A stretch of DNA of 13,625 bases from Synechococcus sp. GTDB taxonomy: Bacteria > Cyanobacteriota > Cyanobacteriia > Thermostichales > PCC-7336. Below, one piece after another: positions 1 through 7,371 of this stretch; within the stretch, counting starts at the first letter, position 1, and each line of letters opens with the position of its first letter. Both the position numbers and the translations under genes were made by a program. The stretch is from contig JBFRWN010000071.1 of the NCBI GenBank assembly GCA_051439605.1, forward strand, positions 1-13,625. The letters are read 5' to 3'. A model generated the notes under the pieces. The model was not told the DNA's origin. It ran no database searches and worked only from the letters and a program-made list of their open reading frames with translations.

Positions 1-1470
1 GGAGACGAGCTGCAAACTCTGCAGGGGCATAGTGGAACTGTCTATAGCGCGAATTTCAGCCCGGACGGTGAGACGGTGGCCTCTGCCAGCTCTGACGGCA
101 CGGTCAAGCTGTGGAATTTTGAGGGAGAAGAGCTGCAAACTCTGCAGGGGCATCGTGAGGCGGTCTGGAGCGTGTATTTCAGCCCGGACGGTCAGACGGT
201 GGCCTCTGCCAGCTCTGACGGCACGGTCAAGCTGTGGAATTTAGAGGGAGAAGAGCTACTAACTCTGCAAGGGCATCTTGGAACTGTCTATAGCGCGAAT
301 TTCAGCCCGGACGGTCAGACGGTGGCCTCTGCCAGCGAGGACGGTACGGTCAAGCTGTGGAATTTTGAGGGAGAAGAACTGCAAACTCTGCAAGGGCATC
401 TTGGAACTGTCTATAGCGCGAATTTCAGCCCGGACGGACAGACGATGGTCTCTGCCAGCGAGGACGGCACGATCAAGCTGTGGAATTTAGAGGGAGAAGA
501 GCTACAAACTCTGCAGGGGCATCGTGAAGCGGTCTGGAGCGTGAGTGTCAGCCCGGACGGTGAGACGGTAGCCTCCGCCAGCTCTGACGGTACGGTCAAG
601 CTGTGGAATTTAGAGGGAGAGGAGCTGCAAACTCTGCAGGGGCATCGTGAGGCGGTCTGGAGCGTGAATGTCAGCCCGGACGGTGAGACGGTGGCCTCCG
701 CCAGCTCTGACGGTACGGTCAAGCTGTGGAATTTAGAGGGAGAAGAGCTACAAACTCTGCAAGGGCATCTTGGAACTGTCTATAGCGCGAATTTCAGCCC
801 GGACGGACAGACAGTGGCCTCCGCTAGCGAGGACGGCACAATCAAGCTGTGGAATTTAGAGGGAGAGGAGCTGCAAATTCTGCAGGGGCATCGTGAAGCG
901 GTCTGGAGCGTGAGTGTCAGCCCGGACGGTCAGACAGTGGCCTCCGCTAGCGAGGACGGTACGGTCAAGCTGTGGAATTTAGAGGGAGAGGAGCTGCAAA
1001 CTTTGCAGGGGCATCGTGAGGCGGTCTGGAGCGCGAATTTCAGCCCGGACGGTCAGACGGTAGCCTCCGCCAGCGAGGACGGCACGGTCAAGCTGTGGAA
1101 TTTTGAGGGAGAAGAGCTACAAACTCTGCAGGGGCATCGTGAGGCGGTCTGGAGCGCGAGTTTCAGCCCAGACGGTCAGACAGTGGCCTCCGCTAGCGAG
1201 GACGGCACGGTCAAGCTGTGGAATTTTGAGGGAGAAGAGCTACAAACTCTGCAAGGGCATCTTGGAACTGTCTATAGCGCGAATTTCAGCCCGGACGGAC
1301 AGACGGTGGTCTCTGCCAGCGAGGACGGCACGATCAAGCTGTGGAACTTAGAGGGAGAGGAGCTGCAAACTTTGCAGGGGCATCGCGGAACTGTCTACAG
1401 CGTGAGTGTCAGCCCGGACGGTCAGACAGTGGCCTCTGCCAGCGAGGACGGCACGGTCAAGTTGTGGAAC
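1..1470 (+). repeat. Coding tandem array of 123-bp (41-aa) WD40 units, 12 copies in the window
   Basis: GGGCAT (Gly-His) recurs at 25, 148, 271, 394, 517, 640, 763, 886, 1009, 1132, 1255 and 1378, an exact 123-nt period with very high DNA identity between units. Confidence 0.97.
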
Positions 1471-2016
1471 TTTAGACTGGATGACCTGCTTGCGAGGGGT
1501 TGCCGTCAAATTACCGATTACCTTCGCCACAACCCCAACGTGCGCGAAGAAGACCGACAGCTTTGCAATTTTCGACCCATTTCAGATAATCCAACCCCAC
1601 TCCCCGCAACCCCCACCGCTCCCTCTTCTCCTCCTCTAAACCCCGATGAATCTGGCTCCTCTGGCCCCCCAGAGGCAATTCAGCCTGAATCCCCATCAGC
1701 CCCCGAACAAGGACCTCAATTAGAAACTGAGCCAGAAGACGAACCGGTTTCTGAGGTAGAGCCGGAACTTGAAATCGAACCGGAAATTCCTGAAGTGGCT
1801 CCTGAAACTGCCCCCCCAAGCATTCGAGGCCAGGTTATTTGGCCTGATGGGTTGCTAACCTTTGATGCTCCTGCAGGGAACAGAAAGGGCGGCATCGCCT
1901 TCAATGAAATCGTCACCATATTGGAATGGAATGCCGATCGCAGTTGGCAACGGATTCGGCGCGAGTCTGGGGAGGACGGATGGGTTAAGTCAGGAAATAT
2001 TGTGGAAATCGAGTGA
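1..2016 (+). CDS. WD40-repeat protein (5'-partial) with Pro/Glu-rich linker and C-terminal SH3b-like domain
   Basis: Frame 1 is open from base 1 (GDELQTLQGH...) to TGA at 2014-2016, so the GTG at 76 is not the true start. It has 12 units of GHxxxVxSxxxSPDGxTxxSASxDGTxKLWN, then the LDDLLARGC...DYL..NP...DRQLC cap typical of cyanobacterial WD40 proteins, a P/E-rich linker, and an SH3b-like end (WQRIR...EDGWVKSGNI). Confidence 0.95.
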   Translation, partial: GDELQTLQGHSGTVYSANFSPDGETVASASSDGTVKLWNFEGEELQTLQGHREAVWSVYFSPDGQTVASASSDGTVKLWNLEGEELLTLQGHLGTVYSANFSPDGQTVASASEDGTVKLWNFEGEELQTLQGHLGTVYSANFSPDGQTMVSASEDGTIKLWNLEGEELQTLQGHREAVWSVSVSPDGETVASASSDGTVKLWNLEGEELQTLQGHREAVWSVNVSPDGETVASASSDGTVKLWNLEGEELQTLQGHLGTVYSANFSPDGQTVASASEDGTIKLWNLEGEELQILQGHREAVWSVSVSPDGQTVASASEDGTVKLWNLEGEELQTLQGHREAVWSANFSPDGQTVASASEDGTVKLWNFEGEELQTLQGHREAVWSASFSPDGQTVASASEDGTVKLWNFEGEELQTLQGHLGTVYSANFSPDGQTVVSASEDGTIKLWNLEGEELQTLQGHRGTVYSVSVSPDGQTVASASEDGTVKLWNFRLDDLLARGCRQITDYLRHNPNVREEDRQLCNFRPISDNPTPLPATPTAPSSPPLNPDESGSSGPPEAIQPESPSAPEQGPQLETEPEDEPVSEVEPELEIEPEIPEVAPETAPPSIRGQVIWPDGLLTFDAPAGNRKGGIAFNEIVTILEWNADRSWQRIRRESGEDGWVKSGNIVEIE

Positions 2017-2096
2017 GCTCCTGCGAGTGGGTGATGTGGAATTTGTTTTCGAACGTTCCCAAAGTGATGGTCTAGCGTTGGAACCGAGTTGTGTAC

Positions 2097-4472
2097 CTAG
2101 TCGTCATCGCCCTCGTAGGGTTTGCCGCTGCCTACTACGCCAAGGTCAATTTGCTGGCGATAGTAATCGACGCTCTTCACCTGTACCTCGATGCGATCGC
2201 CCACCTGGAACTGTTGGCGACTCTTGCGGCCCACCAGTGCCTGCTGGCGGCTGCGGTATTCGTACCAGTCATCCTTGAGGGAGCTAACGTGCACCAGCCC
2301 TTCCGCTAAAACAGGATCGGTGAGGACGAAGAAACCGTAGTTCTGTACCCCCACAATCAGACCCGTGACCGTCTCGTCCACATGCTTCTGCATGTACTCC
2401 GATCGCATCAACCCCTCTAGTTCCCGTTCAGCTTCGCGGACGATTTCCTGGCGATTGTTGAGATGCTGGATACTGTGTTCCAACAAATCTATCCATTCTT
2501 TATCGCGCTTGGGGGGAAGCACGCTCCAATTGATGCTGCCGTGGCAACTGCTGCTGAGAATATCCACCCCAGTTTTGACGCGGGAGGAGCGGCGATCGCG
2601 GCCTTTGGTCATGACATCGTGCAACAGGCGCTGGTGTATCAGATCCACATAGCGGGTCAAGGGAGCAGTGGCGTGGCAGTAGGGGTCGTAACCCAAACCA
2701 CAATGGAGCCCCGGCTCCCGTTGTTCCTCTGCCACCGGCATGAAATTCGAGAGCTGCTGCGCAAGGTGGGGGATATTCTTTTGCTCGGCGATGTCGGGGG
2801 CGCTGATGCGAGCAGCGAATTTCTGCAGATCCGCCAGCGTAACAGTGGTTTCATCTGCTAGAACCAAATCGAGATTCATATTGTCCGCTAACCGTAAAAA
2901 GGTCTGGACAGCTTCGGGGGGGGGCAAAGGACAGACGCGGAATAGGGCAGGAACGCCTAACTCCTTGAAATGCTTGGCAATGGTGGCATTGGCCAGCACC
3001 TGCAATTCTGATAGCAGGGTGGCAACAGATTCTGCTGAGGCGATTGACAGCACCGATTCATTACCTTCATCCCACGTGCCTGTCACTCGCTTGGATAGCT
3101 GTAAATCCCAACCCCCCTGGTCGTGACGATGCTCTCTGAAGACCTCCTGCAACGCCATCAGATGCTGGAGCTGCCGCACCACATCGGATTCGCTGGCTTC
3201 ACTCGAGGAATCAAGCAACGATTGAGCCTGATCGAGGGTCAGTCGGGTGTCACAACAAACCGCTGTCTGGCTCAAGCTAAATGACTGGACAGCTCCGTGG
3301 GGAGCAAGGGTGAAAATGACCGAGATTGCGGGGCGATCGCTGCCAGCAGCAAAACTGCACTGCTGCAACACCCGCTCAGGAAACATCGGCAACGTCGACT
3401 CATTCAAATGAATCGCCAATACCCGCTCTTGAGCCTCTGCATCCACGGGATGATCCGCCAAGAGCGTTTGGGCAACATCGGTGATGTGGATACCCAGCCT
3501 CCAAGTGGAATCTTCTTGGCGATCGAGGCTAAAGGCCAGTTGGGCAGGCTCCCCATCCGGGCTCAGGGCCAACGTATACCACTCTCGACAGTCTTGACGC
3601 TTTTTGAGATCGGTTTTGTTGAGCTTGCACTTGATTTTGGTTGAAGCCGCTTCCACCGAGGGGGGAAATTCCTGGGGCAGATCGTACTTGCAACACACCA
3701 GATCGGTGTCCATAGAAGTGCCGCTTTCGCTGCCCAGCACCTTGCGGACTAAGCCTAGCGGCGGGATTTGCGCGAGAGGGTAGCGCTCAATTTCTACATA
3801 GACAAACTTACCGGGCTCCGCTTCAGGTGGAATAAAGCCATTCGTTTTAGCGCTACTGCTCTCGGTCTCCTCTGATTCGCTAACAGCACCTACTTGTTCA
3901 TCAGTCTCTACCGTTTCTGGAGTTTCATCCGGTTTAGGCTCTAAAAACTTGAGGTCCAACTCGAACAACAGCCGGTCGTCTAGAGGGACCCCCTTCAGGC
4001 CGCCTCCCGCTTTGTCCTTCTCTTCTAGCTTGGCCACCACAGTGGGATTTGCCCTCTCGATGACGGCGGCCACGTGCCCCTCAGGGCTTCGGCGACGGTT
4101 GCCATCCTTCACCACTTTGGCAATCACGCGATCGCCATTCCAGGCACCGTTGAGGTTAGAGCCGTGGATATAAATATCGTCCACACCCGATTGATTGCTG
4201 ATCGCAAAGCAAAAGCCTTTGCTGGAGCAGCGCAATTGCCCTTCAATTAATTTGCTTTCGCTGTTGACACTGTAGGTGGGGTCGTCACCGTCTTCGCAAT
4301 TCAAATGTCCGATACGCACTAAGGCATCCAACGCGATCCCCAACTGTTCGGAGGACGCTGCATCTAGGAGCTGTTCGAGTTCGTGGCGAGAGTAGGTGGG
4401 GTTCGTTTGGTCTTCGGTGGGGGCGAACTGAGCAAACAGTTGGGCGACAGAAAAGTCCATATCGATCGTCAT
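2097..4472 (-). CDS. RNase R/RNB-family protein (cyanobacterial Zam-like), probably with a degenerate active site
   Basis: Cold-shock domain (EGQLRCSSKGFCFA...DDIYI...AWNGDRV), RNB domain (WRLGIHITDV; HCGLG..YCHATAPLTRYVDL) and C-terminal S1 domain (GVQNYGFFV...EGLVHVSSLKDDWYEY...GDRIEVQVKSVD). Likely starts are ATG 4472 or ATG 4460 (MDFSVAQL) rather than 4517. Confidence 0.9.
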   Translation of the reverse strand: MTIDMDFSVAQLFAQFAPTEDQTNPTYSRHELEQLLDAASSEQLGIALDALVRIGHLNCEDGDDPTYSVNSESKLIEGQLRCSSKGFCFAISNQSGVDDIYIHGSNLNGAWNGDRVIAKVVKDGNRRRSPEGHVAAVIERANPTVVAKLEEKDKAGGGLKGVPLDDRLLFELDLKFLEPKPDETPETVETDEQVGAVSESEETESSSAKTNGFIPPEAEPGKFVYVEIERYPLAQIPPLGLVRKVLGSESGTSMDTDLVCCKYDLPQEFPPSVEAASTKIKCKLNKTDLKKRQDCREWYTLALSPDGEPAQLAFSLDRQEDSTWRLGIHITDVAQTLLADHPVDAEAQERVLAIHLNESTLPMFPERVLQQCSFAAGSDRPAISVIFTLAPHGAVQSFSLSQTAVCCDTRLTLDQAQSLLDSSSEASESDVVRQLQHLMALQEVFREHRHDQGGWDLQLSKRVTGTWDEGNESVLSIASAESVATLLSELQVLANATIAKHFKELGVPALFRVCPLPPPEAVQTFLRLADNMNLDLVLADETTVTLADLQKFAARISAPDIAEQKNIPHLAQQLSNFMPVAEEQREPGLHCGLGYDPYCHATAPLTRYVDLIHQRLLHDVMTKGRDRRSSRVKTGVDILSSSCHGSINWSVLPPKRDKEWIDLLEHSIQHLNNRQEIVREAERELEGLMRSEYMQKHVDETVTGLIVGVQNYGFFVLTDPVLAEGLVHVSSLKDDWYEYRSRQQALVGRKSRQQFQVGDRIEVQVKSVDYYRQQIDLGVVGSGKPYEGDDD

Positions 4473-4667
4473 GCTGTAGGGGTGGTGGGCGAGTGACTCG
4501 TGACAACCTGAGGGCACATCGCGGATAAACCTGACCGCAGGTCTGCAGGAGACTCAAGGCGTCTGCAGAAGCATGGAAATAGGTTACTGGCCTAAGGCAG
4601 TCATCCTTATTCCATTGACTACAGAGACTTCAGCGCCAGAAACTCCTGAGAAATCGGACAGATGTAG

Positions 4668-5309
4668 CTAGGTACGAGAACCCGTCACAATGTAGGCCAC
4701 CCGTTGACCGATATTAGTGGTGTGATCGGCCATCCGCTCCAGGTGACGGATCATCAACAGCATCAGCAGGTAGGGTTCGAGCGGCCCGGCAACATCTGAA
4801 AGCTGTGCCAGAGAGTTGTAGAGGCTGTTGTAATCGTCATCAACCGCATCGTCCTGCTCTTTTATTTGAAGACCCAACTCCGCATCGAGGTTGGTGAGGG
4901 CCGCCAAACTATGGCTGAGCATTAACCGGCATCGCTGAGTCATCACTTTTGCGCGGTCAAGATCGGCTGGAGGGGGATACAGTGCCAAACGCATGGCAAG
5001 TTCTCCTAGATCTTTAGCATAGTCGCCAATGCGCTCTAAATCTCGTATGAGCTGCATCAGAGTACTCACTAAACGCAAATCTTGTGCTATCGGAGACTGT
5101 AGGGCAATGACGCGAATGCAGTCCACTTCAATTTGACGGTAGTAGCGATCGATTTCTTTATCTTGCGGAGCTATTTGGGCGGCAGCAGCGAGATTGTCTT
5201 CGAACAGTGCTTGATAGGCCATCAATACAGAACTCTCCACCAGAGCCCCCATGCGCAGGACATCCTGTTGCAATTGTTTAATATTGAGGTCGAAATCAAG
5301 CCTTGACAT
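4668..5309 (-). CDS. phoU: Phosphate signalling complex protein PhoU
   Basis: Two PhoU repeats: ALQSPIAQDLR...DLERIGDYAKDL and DDAVDDDY...RHLERMADHTTNIGQRVAYIVTG; 213 aa. Confidence 0.96.
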   Translation of the reverse strand: MSRLDFDLNIKQLQQDVLRMGALVESSVLMAYQALFEDNLAAAAQIAPQDKEIDRYYRQIEVDCIRVIALQSPIAQDLRLVSTLMQLIRDLERIGDYAKDLGELAMRLALYPPPADLDRAKVMTQRCRLMLSHSLAALTNLDAELGLQIKEQDDAVDDDYNSLYNSLAQLSDVAGPLEPYLLMLLMIRHLERMADHTTNIGQRVAYIVTGSRT

Positions 5310-5762
5310 GACAGCCGCGGAAGGGGAAATGGGTTGTCGGACAATATTGCCTACACTAAAAGTGTCTTGAAAGCTTTACCTGCTCGTATTCCACTGAGTA
5401 AATTGTTGCCTAGGTATTGATGGCAGCAGTTCAGGATCGACTGAAGCAGCACTATTTAAGACGACAATTTGTAAACCACCACCATGGATGCCACACATGC
5501 TAGAAACTGGCAAGCAATTGCATAAGTTTGACTGAAACAAATTAACTCTGGCGAGAGGGGAAGTATGCTAGCGGCGATCGCCAGTTCAAATGGGACCACT
5601 TAAAGGGCTTGGTTCTGCCCGCTGCGAACCGTTCTCTCTCACCCTGCAGTCATCCCCCTGTGTCCTAAATTTTTGTCAGATACTTTGACCTGATGGTGTT
5701 GCAGCTGATGAAATCTCTGAAACGGTTTGAGTTCGATCGACCTAGCGTTGAAGAACTATCGG

Positions 5763-5798
5763 TTTTGAATCCCCCATCGCTTTTGAATCCCCTATCGC
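5763..5798. repeat. 18-bp tandem duplication upstream of plsC
   Basis: TTTTGAATCCCCCATCGC / TTTTGAATCCCCTATCGC, 17/18 identical. Confidence 0.85.
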
Positions 5799-5845
5799 AG
5801 TTTCAGCCCAATTCAGTTGCGATTCTTTAGTTGCCTGATTGATAT

Positions 5846-6499
5846 ATGTCCGATTCTTCCCAATTGCGTCAACGCGAGCCGTTCCATAACTTGGTGCTCT
5901 ACTGGTTGTTTAAGTGGCTGGTTGTGAATCCTGCGTTTCGCTTGATTTATCGGGGTAAGGTATACGGCGTCGAGAATGTTCCCCAGCAGGGGCAATTGGT
6001 GGTGGTCAGCAATCACGCTAGCGTGTTTGACCCGCCGTTTTTATCTAACGCTGTCTGCCGTCCGGTGTCATTTATGGCCAAGGCGGAGCTGTTTAACATC
6101 CCAGTACTGAAGCAGGCAATTGAACTGTACGGGGCTTATCCGGTACGGCGGGGCGGGGTCGATCGCCAGGCGTTAAAGTATGCCAAATCCTATCTTGATC
6201 GGGGGTGGGCGACGGGGGTGTTTTTGAGTGGTACCCGCAGCACAGATGGTCGCATTGACAAGCCATTTTTAGGGGCGGCGACCATCGCGGCGCGATCGCA
6301 GGCACCGATTTTGCCGGTAGCTTTGGTGGGTACCCACAACATTTTGCCAAAGGGACAGCGCAAGCCGAAGGTGTGCGTGCCGGTCACGATTCGGATTGGG
6401 GAGGTGATTCCTCCTCCCGGGAAGGGTAGGGAGAATTTGGAAGCGACAACGGCGTTGTGTCAGGAGCAGATTCATGCGCTGCTGGATTTGGGGCAGTAG
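5846..6499 (+). CDS. plsC: 1-acyl-sn-glycerol-3-phosphate acyltransferase
   Basis: HX4D motif SNHASVFDP, FMAKAELF, GAYPVRRG, block III variant FLSGTRS, and PILPV. Confidence 0.93.
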   Translation: MSDSSQLRQREPFHNLVLYWLFKWLVVNPAFRLIYRGKVYGVENVPQQGQLVVVSNHASVFDPPFLSNAVCRPVSFMAKAELFNIPVLKQAIELYGAYPVRRGGVDRQALKYAKSYLDRGWATGVFLSGTRSTDGRIDKPFLGAATIAARSQAPILPVALVGTHNILPKGQRKPKVCVPVTIRIGEVIPPPGKGRENLEATTALCQEQIHALLDLGQ

Positions 6500-6589
6500 G
6501 ACTGTTGCCTTATCTCAGAGGATTGACACGCGGGCGATCGTTTCGCTTGTGTCCTACAATGACTGGGCAGCAATAATACTGGTGTCCCT

Positions 6590-6676
6590 GGAGAGGTGGC
6601 AGAGTGGTTGAATGCGGCGGTCTCGAAAACCGTTAACGGGTTAAACCGTTCGGGGGTTCGAATCCCCCCCTCTCCG
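6590..6676 (+). tRNA. tRNA-Ser (anticodon CGA)
   Basis: Acceptor stem GGAGAGG/CCTCTCC with discriminator G6676; anticodon arm GCGGT-CTCGAAA-ACCGT (CGA at 6624-6626); long variable arm AACGG..CCGTT; T arm GGGGG-TTCGAAT-CCCCC. CCA is not encoded. Confidence 0.98.
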
Positions 6677-6687
6677 TTGATTTCCCT

Positions 6688-6893
6688 AAAGCCAATCGCA
6701 GACTCAAAGCGGCGAATGTCAGTGTGGCGCTCTAATGTCGGGGCATTTGAGGGTGACCGTGACCCGGTTATCTCCAATGCGAACTTGTCCACCATTATCC
6801 ATAAACTTGGCAAACAGTGAGGCAGCTGTGCTGTAGGAAAAGCTTGGTAGATCGGAAGCTAAAAGTCGATATGGGGAAGTAACTTTCAGTTGC
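6688..6893 (+). pseudogene. Degenerate N-terminal fragment of a cyanobacterial site-specific (phage-type) integrase
   Basis: 6688-6744 reads KANRRLKAANVSVAL*CRG. Frameshifted pieces follow that resemble RLYLQATLPP and IGxxxDxxxFxW. This matches my recollection of the N-terminus of tRNA-adjacent cyanobacterial integrases (ANxRLKAAxVGVxIExRGxRLYLRATLPP). Stops and frameshifts are present. Confidence 0.65.
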
Positions 6894-6914
6894 ACGAATC
6901 TAAGCTTTGATGTC

Positions 6915-7028
6915 TCGGTTAAGCAGGTGTACGCTAATGGCGAAAATGAAGCGGTCGCAATTCTCCTTTCTGCGTTCTGACGAAAAGTTGGTGGAAATGA
7001 GTGGAGAATAACACGGCGGCTTAACCGA
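6915..7028. mobile_element. Possible MITE/IS-end relic
   Basis: 10-bp inverted repeat TCGGTTAAGC (6915-6924) / GCTTAACCGA (7019-7028) around non-coding DNA, with imperfect flanking direct repeats TAAGCTTT (6901-6908) / TTAGCTTT (7030-7037). Confidence 0.4.
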
Positions 7029-7107
7029 CTTAGCTTTCTAAAACCTTAAGGGCGAACGGAGCCCTAGAAAGCCCCAACTCCTAAACTTGTTCCTTTGCCA
7101 GGCCGTA

Positions 7108-7251
7108 TCATTCATCCAGATGCTCGGCAGCCGTTTGGTAGAGATCGAGAATGTGGCTATCATCGAGGATATAGAAAACATTGCGCCCCTGCTTGCGATA
7201 GCGCACTAACCGCATCGAGCGCAACGTCCTCAGTTGATGGGACACAGCCGA
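7108..7251 (-). pseudogene. C-terminal half of an ArsR/SmtB-family zinc-sensing repressor (SmtB/ZiaR-like), 5'-truncated
   Basis: My translation of the minus strand gives [47 protein letters not shown]. This is the SmtB recognition helix, wing and alpha5 site D-x-H-x10-H-x2-E. An in-frame TAG at 7273-7275 lies just upstream, and no N-terminal half is recognisable. Confidence 0.9.
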
Positions 7252-7371
7252 TATCGATAAAGATGGCAAGCACTACTGTAGCGATGCTTGTGCTAACGGA
7301 CATTCTGATGGATCCACTGGCTGTGCCCATTCGGGATGCACTTGCCACCATTAAAAGGCTTGGCAGAAGAA

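Noticed and set aside
1..1470. CRISPR array or DGR template/variable repeat
   Set aside because: The repeats are contiguous in-frame coding units with no unique spacers, the differences are not adenine-specific, and no cas or reverse transcriptase gene is in the window.
32..1639. Repeated alternative-frame ORFs (MELSIARISART...)
   Set aside because: Shadows of the WD40 repeat in other frames.
5705..5722. Hammerhead-ribozyme-like core CTGATGA-N7-GAAA
   Set aside because: Stem II would be a single pair, and no nearby NUH site supports both stems. AACCGTT (5627-5633) gives stem III but only 2 bp of stem I; GTTCTGC (about 5612-5618) gives stem I but only 2 bp of stem III.
5310..5845. Pho box upstream of phoU
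   Set aside because: Isolated TTAA-containing words occur but not as 11-bp-periodic PyTTAAPyPy repeats.
6523..6560. Sigma70 promoter TTGACA...TACAAT for the tRNA
   Set aside because: The spacing is 26 nt, too long for a pair. TACAAT alone may be a real -10 but I cannot support it further.
6472..6820. ORFs 6472-6813 (-) and 6596-6820 (+)
   Set aside because: They overlap the tRNA and are translation artefacts.
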